A stretch of DNA of 64,000 nt from Antedon mediterranea (lineage: Eukaryota > Animalia > Echinodermata). The notes below the pieces were generated by a model, which saw only the letters and a program-made list of their open reading frames with translations, had not been told where the DNA came from and did not search any database. The stretch is from positions 39,628,304 to 39,692,303 of the forward strand of contig NC_092671.1 in NCBI RefSeq assembly GCF_964355755.1. The letters are read 5' to 3'. Below are positions 11,990 to 23,300 of this stretch, piece after piece. Positions within the stretch are counted from its first letter, which is position 1; each line of letters starts with the position of its first letter. A program made the translations under genes and the position numbers.

Positions 11990-12847
11990 TCAAAATTCAT
12001 CATGATAATAATCGTCATGGTCATCATGATCGTGATCTGGATGATCATCATCGTCATAATGATGATAATGATGCACTTCGTGTGGGTGAGTATCGTTATG
12101 GTGCATGTAGTCGTGGTCTGGATGGGTTTCGTTGCCACCGTAGTAATGGTAATGGTGTATTTCATGGTGTGGATACGGGTGTGTTTCATTGTACATGTGG
12201 TGATCATCTGGGTACTCATGCGTGTCGTTGTACATGTGGTCGTCGTGGTGATAGTCATCGGGGTGGCCATAGTGATGGATGTCATGGTGATCATCTGGAT
12301 GGATGTCATGGTGATCATCTGGATGGATGTCATGGTGATCATCTGGATGGATGTCATGGTGATCATCTGGATGGATGTCATGGTGATCATCCGGATGGAT
12401 GTCATGGTGATCATCTGGATGAATGTCATGGTGATCATCTGGGTGGATGTCATGGTGATCTAGATCATGATGGTCATCAGGATGTAGATGGTCGTCTGGA
12501 TGAATATCATGATGATCGTCGTCATGGTGATCATCTGGATGGCCATCGTGATCATCGTGATGATCGTCGTCATGGTGATCATCCGGGTGGCCATCGTCAT
12601 GGTTATCATCAGGATGCGCATTAGCCGGTTTTGCGTTCTTCTGCGGCTTTTCTACAGCAGCCTTGTCAACATCATCGTCATCATCTACAGCTTCCACATT
12701 CACGCCATCGTCATCATCTTGGGCGGCTTTAACATTATCGTCTGCTGCTGTGTTCTGCGACGTCTCTCTTCTTGGTACTGCTTCACAACTCACAATGATG
12801 ACAAGTAAAATGCAACCAAACAAGATATTTCGTTTCACTAACTCCAT
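11990..12847 (-). CDS. Secretory-pathway His/Asp-rich acidic protein (285 aa), HPDDHHDI repeats, C-terminal HDEF
   Basis: ATG directly after acceptor TTGTTTTTCCAG|A. Signal peptide MELVKRNILFGCILLVIIVSCEA; Asp-rich linker; ~8 near-perfect 24-bp repeats; four N-x-T sequons (YNDT, YNET, GNET, HNDT); ends HDEF*. Confidence 0.88.
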   Translation of the reverse strand: MELVKRNILFGCILLVIIVSCEAVPRRETSQNTAADDNVKAAQDDDDGVNVEAVDDDDDVDKAAVEKPQKNAKPANAHPDDNHDDGHPDDHHDDDHHDDHDGHPDDHHDDDHHDIHPDDHLHPDDHHDLDHHDIHPDDHHDIHPDDHHDIHPDDHHDIHPDDHHDIHPDDHHDIHPDDHHDIHPDDHHDIHHYGHPDDYHHDDHMYNDTHEYPDDHHMYNETHPYPHHEIHHYHYYGGNETHPDHDYMHHNDTHPHEVHHYHHYDDDDHPDHDHDDHDDYYHDEF

Positions 12848-13760
12848 TCTGGAAAAACAAATAAAAAATGTTGTCTAATTACACACATTCTACAAGTATA
12901 TCGTATGTAAATTGGCGATGTAAATGCTGGAATTAATTATACACAACTCTCTTAAACATTCACACAGGAATAATATTAAATTTTATTAACATTATTCCCA
13001 CAAAATTATTTTTAAATGTATTCGACGAATTGTTAGAATAATGATTGATAATCGCCGACAAAAAAACTAAAAGTAGCCATGTGTCATATGACGTCAGACT
13101 TTAGTTAACAACCAGCAACTGTTTTCTGCCACGTGCATAAGAATTCTGCAATTTTAAAAATTGTAAAATTAAAAGCAGTCTCTTTTTTTCCTGCTCAATC
13201 GGTCCATGGAAAAATAATTTGAATCAAAGTAAATTGTAGCCCATACATTATTGTTAAAACTGAGAGAAGTCTTTTCCGGTTGGCGGTTCACCTTGGAGAA
13301 ATAAAATAATTAAAATCTCGGGAACAGTATTTCTCAATTGGGTCGGCCTGGCAGTTAATAAATAATATTAAAACATTTTAAAACTATGGAAGAAAGTAGT
13401 TTAGTTGAATGAATTCTTTTTCTTAAAATTTAATCAAATGGGTTTATTAATGACTTCCTGTATTACATGTAAATTTCCGCTTGTTTAATGAATTACGATT
13501 ATTGTGATTTGATATAATTAATAGGTCAGGCCGAAAAGGTGCTACTAATTACGAATTATAAACTAATTATAGAAAGACTAGTTCTTCTAAAGCGTGGAAA
13601 GTTAAATAATTTAATTATGAAAAAGATATTATTACCGGTAAGCCTATTTTGTGTGGTGCACGATGTTAAACGTTGCACAAATTGTTTTTTTAAAAGAAGA
13701 AAAAAAAGCACGAACAAATCGAATGGCAATAGAAAAAACACAGAAAAAATATATCTTTAT

Positions 13761-13854
13761 ACTTACATTATAGACTATTATCACCAGCGACTGTAATCGT
13801 CTTGTAACCTGTGCACTTGGTATGTCCACCGTTACAAACGTTCTGCTTATAAAG
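13761..13854 (-). promoter_or_regulatory. Putative TATA-like box and non-coding first exon of the His/Asp gene
   Basis: Minus-strand TTTATAA at ~13847-13853; donor AAT|GTAAGT at 13767/13766; would splice to the acceptor at 12849. Confidence 0.5.
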
Positions 13855-15879
13855 AACCGAACTCCACCAGGTAACACGTTACCGTTTTGTTTGATCAATT
13901 ATTAACTTTTTGCTAAGTCTGGTGGCACCGTAACGTGGCATCTACATTGTACGATCAAATGCGGGTTTAATTTTGCCTAAAAATCAAGAGGACTTGCATC
14001 ATAGAGCATTACCTCAATTTGTATTAATACATTTGAATAATTTCAATTACATCATACGTTTTATGATGACACACTATTACGTACATTTTTCTGATAGCGT
14101 GTACACGAAATACGAATAAAACCACGTTTAATTAAATGTCCCTTTACTCTTTTCTAGGTAGAAGTAGTCTAAATTAGTTAAATAATGTGTCGATATGTTT
14201 TAACATGCTAAACAAAATCTTTGTATATTGGATCACCATATTCTGAGGTTTATTTGAGTTACATCCATACTTATTCCGTTTCACGGAACGGAAGACGGTG
14301 CTCCCTTTGATGTAAATAATTCAACAAGTCCAATCAAATGACGTCATGATTAGTTAGAGCAATAATATCGCGACAATACAACCATATTTTAATGTTTTTA
14401 TTATGATTTCTAACAATATTAATTTTATCAAAGACAGCATTATCCTCCTAAAAAAAATTAATTTTTATAAATTTATCGTCGATCTTTATCATCACTGCGT
14501 TTATTTTCCTACTTGCAGACGATTTAAAAAGTCAAAATATCCTTAAATAAAAAATAAACAGAAAACAATGAACTCATTATATACATTTTAATTATGAAAC
14601 CCACTGTGAAAAGAACTATACATCTGTACATAATATTATATACGCACTTTGAGTGAAATTAAAGTTATCAAGTTTACAGGACAATACTATAGAATAGTTT
14701 TATACGTAGAAAATCGTCACACTCCCTACCAAATGCGCGTTAATCTGACCAATCATAAGCTAGGAAACGCGCGTACGCACAAACCACTAGTGTCATGATA
14801 CTAACCAATAAGAGGCATTTAGTTCATTTACCAATGGACTATTCAAATATATACGTATTCACAGCCCAGTCATTAAATTAAAAATGTATAGAATTTATTC
14901 GGGTGCGAATTCTTCAAATCTTTGTTAAATCAATAAATATGTTTTAAAATAGCACAGTAGCTTGTATTGAAGATTAAATAGCATTTGAAGAAAAAAAAAT
15001 ACCTGTTTTAAAAAATATAGACGTCCTATTATGTTAAGTATTACTCCGCGTCAACCAATTAAATATTAAGGCTACATTCTGGTTATCAATTAAATTTGTA
15101 TTTCAGAAAAAAACAAAAATTATAACAAATTTGGTACAAACTGGTTTGAAGATGAAAAAATAGACAAGCGAAAAAAAAAGCATGGGGTTGAGTTGATGTT
15201 TTTTTCAAGCTGTAATGTAAATTTATCTTGTACAATATTTAAAATGCAGTTTTAATTATGGTAAACTACACTTATATGTATATTAGGTAATAATATAGCA
15301 ACATCAAAATCATTTTAACGGTATTAATTTTACCGTATAATCATCAAACTGGCATTGAGGTATAACCTACATATTTTTGTAACTTAAAAAAAAAACAACA
15401 TTGGAACAGTATTCAGGATCTATTGCACACTTTAAACTCAAGATTACATATCAAAATAGAAAACAAAATAATTCATCAGCAAGCAAATTACAAAATTCCT
15501 ACACAACTCTTGCGGCGGCGTTCACAAGTTATTCGCAAACACATTTTAGTACAGAAAACAACGGCGTAAATTTTGTTACCGAGGAAATTCAAATCTATCA
15601 ATTGTAAAGGAACCGTCTCTCATCAAATAGACAAGATATCAAGCAATCTTATACCAACAGTAAACCAACTCATTGAAGCTTTACGCTCCCATTGTCCCTG
15701 TTCAGACACATACCATCAGCAGAATCTTAAAATTGTCACCTAATGAAGCCAAACGCTTTTTTTTTGTATATTTAACAGAAACTCTGCAATGCATACAAGG
15801 GCGTATATGGTAGAAATATTTGGTTTCAAAAATAAATTATTTAACTTGGGGTAAAAAAAAAGGATCTGTTGAAGGGTTA

Positions 15880-16017
15880 AGTTCTGTCTACACAATCAAA
15901 CTAGTTTGACAAAAAATGTGATGTGCCCAAATATGGTAATGATACATCATCATGTACAGATATGAGCACATCACATTTTTTTGGAACATATTTTGTAGCT
16001 ACTGTGTAGATAGATCC
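15880..16017. mobile_element. PIF/Harbinger-like MITE (family A), degenerate copy
   Basis: TIR resembling AGCTCTGTCTACACTATCAAAC; shared internal GATGTGCCCAAATATGGTA..GATA. Confidence 0.8.
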
Positions 16018-16584
16018 TAAAAAAGAAAATAAGTCTTAAATATTCTAGGTTTTGTAGGTAAAAATGGCTGCAAAACATACTGAACGGTAAAAATGAATCA
16101 CAAAATGTCTGGTTTAAAAACTGCATTGTTCAAATCATCAATACTATGTAATCAAATAAAAAATAAAATACTTTTACAAATTTAGTTTTACCATTTAATA
16201 TTTTAATTCATTTTTCATATTTATATTTTTGTCATTAAATAATGTTAAGTCCAGGTATAAAAGTAGTGCTGCAGTATTTACACATTATTTATGAGAATAC
16301 AAGTGAGATACATTATTCACTTGTTGCCCCATACACAACAACCCGTCTATTCTTTTGGATTGCATGACCCAACATCAAAGATTATGAACAGAGCAGAACA
16401 GACTCTGGAGTAGTAAATGAACCAATCACAATGCAGAAATGTACAAACAATCCTCCCACACTAATGCTGTACAGCCTTGTTCGATGTTGCATGACCAAAA
16501 AGTCTATTAATATGAAGACTTATTTTTGGTGCCATTTTTACCTACATATTATTTTCATAAGGTTTTAGAAAGATATTTTACTTA

Positions 16585-16726
16585 AGCTCTGTCTAAACAA
16601 TCCAGTTTTATGCTATAGAAAAAAAAGTGATGTGCCCATATATGGACATGATGATTTCATATCACTAACATATTTGGGTATGTAACACTTTTTTGTCAAA
16701 ACTAGTTTGATAGTGTAGAGAGAGCT
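16585..16726. mobile_element. Harbinger-like MITE family A
   Basis: Both TIRs present; TTA on the left flank. Confidence 0.8.
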
Positions 16727-16974
16727 GTAAGCACAAAATGTATGCACATATTGCAATTTAAAGAAAATTCACATTTTTTTATGTCATTTACGAAGAGGTC
16801 TACATTGCAATTTTAGGGAAAACGAGGCTTCACAAGAAATAAAATGAATCTACATTAGAGGAGTGAAATTAGAAAATACCTAAAAACAACTGTCAACCGC
16901 TTGCCACTGAGCATCATAACAAAATGACAGGCTGATGAAGCTTAGAAAATAAGCTTAGCATGTCAAGACAGTAA

Positions 16975-17158
16975 CGACCAATTTACACGGACAAGCAGTA
17001 ACAGTAATCAGAAAAAAACGTGTAGCTTGTCCCACATAGAATATGTACCTATCCTGAGCAGAAACAGTTTGTCCACTTCGAGTTGTTTGTGTCTAAATGG
17101 TAAGAACATAGATACTATATCTGTATTATCGTTACCGCTCATCTGTGTAAATTGGCCA
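16975..17158. mobile_element. Second MITE family (TIR ~GGCCAATTTACAC), also at 49362-49540
   Basis: GACCAATTTACACGGA ... TCTGTGTAAATTGGCC; interior matches 49362-49540 in reverse orientation. Confidence 0.65.
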
Positions 17159-17321
17159 TTATATTGTAAGGATGTCATATAGCAAGTGATTAACCAGGAA
17201 TATGTTGACATATTCTATCATTGTTTAATATGTTTATATGGCCAATATAAATATTATCCACATACGACATTGTAACCAGATAATGGTTCTAGTATTTTTT
17301 GGTAGCATTTGCCGTGTCGCT

Positions 17322-20300
17322 TCACGTTACTTCGGTTAGTAAAGTTTTTTCTGTTTTTACTTGATTTCCTAAACCACCAGGCCCATCATGATTACTGAAA
17401 AACATAAAGTGTTGATAGTGTTAGTTCTATCCGTGTGCTACAAATTGCACTCCTCAATATATTCAGGGGTGCTGTAGGTGTGCTGTTTGTATTTTCGTGT
17501 GTAGAAGTTTACCAAATTTAAGCGGGTTGTAAATTGCACTCCTCAAGGGCAGTTAAGGAGTGTTTTAGGTGAGTGATCGCACTCACCTGCCTTAAAATAC
17601 AAGGCCTGGTAGTGATATCCCCCAAAATGGTCATCATGTCCATATATGGGCACTCGCATCACATTTTTTTGTTACATAAAGTTTGATAGTGTAGACAAGG
17701 CTTGTTTAAAATAGCGCATTCAATCTTCTTTGGATTTGGAACATTTTTGTATTAAAGAATAAAACAAATTGTTATTTACAAGTAGGAATAAATTGTTTTT
17801 TTTAAATTGGTAGATAATTATGCAACTCAACATGGTTGGCAAATATGAATACACAACACACAATTTATCTAAACCTCTGCCTACACTATCAAACTAGTTT
17901 GACAAAAAAAGTGTGATGTGCCCAAATATTGTAGTGATATGCTTGAATATGGCAGTGATATGACATCATGTTCAGATATGGGCATTTTTTTTTCAAGTTT
18001 GATAATGTAGACAGAGCTTAACACTCTGAAAAAAATAAAATAGTTGTAGCAAACATTCTCACCTTGATAAACTTCCAATTTTACTGGATGACGATGTGAA
18101 CCTGACGACCGTTGAGGATGGCATAGATTGCGCTTTATTTACCAGCGAATTTACTTTAGACACAGTCTTTAAGTTGAGTTTAATAGCCTGCTCATCCTCT
18201 ACTTTAGTTGCATTATTTAATTTGATTGAGGCTAACTGTATTGAATTGTTCATCGTCTTAATAGTGTTGTTACTATTAGTACTACTAATGGTTTGTTTAC
18301 AATCTGCTGTGATATCCGTATTTTGGGAAGTTTTTACAGCCGCCGGTATCGGATAGTTCAATTGTAAAACGGTAGCAGCTGGTGCAGTGGAATGCCCTTG
18401 GGACGCTAATATTGGACCTGAACAAAATTTAAAAACAGAAATTTTTTTTATAAAAATTACAAAATAATATGATAAATCTAATAAAAAAAAAATAATTGTG
18501 AAACATAGTTTTATATTTGAAAATAAAAAGTAGAAAAAAAAAGAGAATGTTGGAAAATTAGAATTTAAAAACAGCAAAATAGTAGTAAGCATAACATAAC
18601 ACAGTTTTGAACATAACGTTAACATTTTCTTATTTTCAGATGATCATGATGTTTTGTTTGTTATACAAGCATCCAAAAAGAAAAAAACAACTTACCTCGT
18701 CCTGTTACTTCAACAACAGGTTCAAGTGTCACTATACTATTGTTTTTATTGTCAGATTCATTTGTAGTATTTTGTGAACTGTCTGCAGGCTGCACAAGTA
18801 ATGGCAACTGTTCTACAACCGGCACAGATGGTGAATTCACAAAAGTACTAGGTTCAAGCGTAAACTTAGATGTTGGCAGAGTTGAGAAACACGCATTCAT
18901 ACTCGTTGAAGTTGGACTGCCAACGTCAACTTCAATAGTTTGTGATTCAACGTCCGTAATCGGTTTCTCTTTCAAAGAGGTTTCCGCGATCTCGTCAAAC
19001 GTTTCCATGTCTGAGAGTATTTGCTGAGGTGGCTTACTGGATGTTTGTGTCAGGAAATTTGTTAATAAATTGTCTTCCAAAACAGATTGTTTTGGTGTTT
19101 CTACATTGAGTGTTGCTTCCATAGGAGGCGGTGTCTTTGGTCTGTAGTGAGGCCTAGAATAGAATACAAAATATTAATATAATAAAGTTATCTATTTTTA
19201 AATATGAATTTAGAAAACTTAGCAGATTGTTTTGAGTTTTGCCGCTCTTATTTATAATAATATATTAATTTATAATTTTATCACAAACTTTGTACAAAGA
19301 AAAGAAAAATAAATTAGCAGTATTCACCATTTACATGCGGAGGGAAAAACTTAAATACTTAAGAACTTCTATTTAAATTAATAACATTTAAGGAAAATCC
19401 TCAGGTGGCATACCTAATATTAAAGTGAAATACCTTGACAATTCTAGAAGTAATATTTGCTAAAAGAATAATTTATGACTGATTGGCAAATAGGACCACT
19501 GATTACTTACATTCTGCTAGCTCGTATATCTGCAATTATTCTGTCTAAAGGTGGAAGACTGTCATTTGTGGATGGCCAAGTACTTGATTGTGACGAACCC
19601 CTATACCGTCCTCTACTATCATCAAGTGATTGAGTGCTTAATGACACAGAATTTTGCCATGACGACGACGATTGTTTATTTTCAGGGTTAAAAACAGAAG
19701 TGTCTAATTTGTAAAGTTCATTATCAACTCCTGTATGTGCTCTATCAAGCACAATTCTAAAGGAAAACAAAAGACAGTAAAAAAGTCAAATTATTAATAA
19801 ATATTTATTTTATATAAAATTTATTTAAAAGTGCCTCCAAATATTGAAAGAATTAAATCAAGGCAATACAAAATAAAATGAAAAATGCACATTTCTCTAT
19901 TTCTCAAGTTAAATTAAATTGAAGATAGTATTTTGAATTCCGGTGAAATCCTAAAACTAAAGTTTCACTGAGTTAGGTTGTACAACTTACCTTCCTCCCC
20001 TGCCTATTCTTCTTCTGGCAAAGCCTATACATTTTCTAGATTCTTTGACTTTTAAAGAGGTACAACAATAACGATAGCGTTTGTCCGATATGTCTTTAAT
20101 ATGTTGATTTGACCATGGCCAGCCGCATACAAAACGTGAATGAGGCTGAAACAAATAAAACAGAATAAATGAACCTTCTTTCCATGACAATTGATTCTGT
20201 GTTTACAAATCATAAACCCTTGGCTTGTATATATACAATATTAATTTATAAATCAGGCACAGAACAATTCTAATTCGCACGGTGTTATATTGAAATTGAA

Positions 20301-23300
20301 TTAATTAATTTGAAACAATAAAGATGAGGAAGTGGAGCTGTGGCTTGGTGGTTATGATGCTTGGCTACCAATCTAAGGGTCCTGGGTTCAAGTCCTGTCA
20401 TATGTCAGGGTTTTTTTCTCATGACAATTTACAACTCCACTCCCAAAGATGTAGATGTAGAGCATCTTGTGTATATGTTTGTCTTGTGAAATTATTAAAT
20501 AGTTTATCCATCCTGTAATTGGCGGGTTACTCGCTGTTGGATGAGTATGAAATAATAATTTTTTAAAAAAAAGTCTGTGAGAGATCCCAACCCAGATTTG
20601 AACCCACCCCGAGTCCTAACCATTAGAGCACTGGGGCTTTTGTGGTATTGTTCAAATTCAATTGGATAGCGATCCTTTGTGGTACTGCGGAACACCATAA
20701 TTAATTAATGTTATTTTCAAAATAAAAAGCACAATGTACTTAAAAATCAAAATAATATATATAATAGATATGCTACAACTGCACTTATCAAAACATATTC
20801 AATATTAAGTTTATCACAAGCCTTACCGCGTGATAATTGCATCCTTTCCGCCGTCTGAATGCGAAGGTACCGTCAGGATCATTCTCTTCTTCCTGATCAG
20901 ATATTGATTGCACTGGAGAGATATCTTCATCAGATAGTCGGTAATCATGGAATCGCGGATCAAGTTCATTATACAGATTCTTGCGTTGTCTTTGCTTGTC
21001 CGTACTCACTTTATGTTTTCGTTTCTTGTATTCTCGTTTCTTTCGTACAGCTTCTTCCTAAAAAGACGAATCAGTAACAAATTTTATAGCACCTTGGAGG
21101 GCGGGGGAATTCTATGCAATAGCCGTAGCTTATGTAGAGAACCCAGCTGTCTAATAGCAGCTCCCACATGAGGGCGTGGTTGCGGAATAGTCCATTATAG
21201 TCAGTTTCCAAAAATATCATAGGAACTTTAACTTTTCGTATCCAAGTCCTCCCTCTGAAGATTATGGGCTATTGCCGGTTTATCCAGGTAAGCTAGGCAC
21301 CAAAAAGACAACAGTGGCTAATGTTATTTTATGTTAAATAAATTATATCCAATAAAATAAACTGCAATAATTTGATACAAAATGTGACATACGGTGTGGC
21401 TCCATGATTTGTAGTGATTTCCATTAGGTATAACAGGTATACTATATGAAGGTTGTTTCTTGGCTAATTCCTCACATTCACGTAATAATTCACCGCTATA
21501 GTCCTGAGTATGGTAGCTACAAAAACAAACATTTATTAGAATTTCCCTGTTAATAGTTTTAATTATGTAATTTATGTTCTCTGTTTAATGTTAAAACTTC
21601 CATCAATCATTTCTTTCAAATGTTATTATTATGTACTTATGCCTAAGATTAACATCTTACCGTTTTTCAAACACTTCTATTGTTAAATGAAGCTTTTCTT
21701 TCTTGTATTTTTCTCTTCTTTTTACCATTTCCAGTAAAGTTCTGAAAAAAACAACAACAAATATTTCAAATATATAAATAAAAGGAAAAGACGTAATGCA
21801 TTGGCAACATTAAAAATCCAAGTTCAAGAAAGTTGTAAAAATTTAAGTTGTAAAAATTAAAAATGTAACAAAAGGCACAGGAATTAAAGTTAAAGGTATG
21901 TTTATATCGGGAAAAAGTTGATGTGTTTTCTTTTTCTTTCTCAATGACACGATCAAAAAACAATATAATGATCTTACACAGCTCTATTTAAATCTCTTCT
22001 TAGTTTTAACATTTTCTCATAAGATACTTCATCATTTTTACGATTCTTTCTTGTTTGCATTTTCTCCGTCCTCCTCCTGAATGCCACATAGGGATTGCTC
22101 GTTGTTGAACCATCTCGCTTTTCTTGTTTCACAGTGGGAATTAAAGAATGTCCCTGAATTGATAAAAACAAACGAACATTTGAATTTTGAATTTGTTATT
22201 CATATACTGGGTAAACCTCTTCAGTCAAAGACTGGTCTCCTAGAGGGCCCAGTTATGATCATTGGCTGTGCGTGTACTAGTACACCAGGGGAACACCCTA
22301 CTCGTCTCGAAAGATGTACTGTGTTCTTTAAAGTGCACATGCGCTAGATGTGTACACTGGACCTGCAGTTTATAGTCTTATCCGAGAAGGCTCGTTCTAC
22401 ATAACTATGGAGTGAGTGAGCCTCGAACTCTTGGCACCTAAACTTGATAAGCACATGTAAGCAAATTATTGTATGGTTTTCACAGAGTACAGAGACAATG
22501 TCATAATTTTATCAATAAAAATACAAATACAAGATTGCTACGTTGCAAGATGTAGGTAACTAATATGATTGTAATACTCACTATACTTAGCCGTTTATTC
22601 AACCAATAATCATACACCGCAATAATTAGATCATCATCTTCCTTCAAAAGTAGTTTTGCCTCTTTTAAGTTTACAACCTATTAAAACAAAGATATAATAT
22701 TTATGAATTTATTTGCTATGGTAAAATTATGTTACTTTGTATATCATAGTATTTTATATAGGGTGGCCTAAGAAATCCTTCTATATGTTTTTATTAATTT
22801 TTAGACGGCAATTAAATGATATGATTCTATAAATTACAATAGCCTTACTCAGTTGAGATTCATATATTTTATGGCCTGTCGCTCTCGTTTTTAATTGCTC
22901 TTTTAAAAAAATTTATTTTATGGATTACTTTTATTTTATATGAAGCGAAGAGGCTTTATGTATTATGCGCTTAAAAGTCCAAATTTATTATCATTATCTT
23001 TTAAATAGAACACTGGTTTAATTTCCGAAAGTTTGTTTTTAAATTTATGCAAACTATTTGTTTTGAATTTCATCCTGTAATACATTCAATCTAATACATT
23101 GAATGTATGCCTACCGTTTGTCCACTGCCTTTCTCTAGTCTATCCATCATTTCTTCAAACTGACGAGAAGTGATATCAAAAGTTTTGGCTTGTTTCTTCA
23201 CCCATTCATCATCATCTGAATCTATATCATAGTCTGGTGTTTCTTGTTCCATTCCCAATGCTATTTACAAAGAATTTGCATTCAGTTTAAAAAGAACTAT

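Noticed and set aside
11902-12878. Overlapping ORFs such as (DGCHGDHL)n and (MDVMVIIW)n
   Set aside because: Frame and strand shadows of the 24-bp repeat; only 11990-12847(-) has a splice acceptor, start context and signal peptide.
20333-20640. Possible tRNA genes (20333+ and ~20582-20637 minus)
   Set aside because: A/B boxes are present but stems are incomplete or degenerate; better explained as SINE heads or pseudo-tRNAs.
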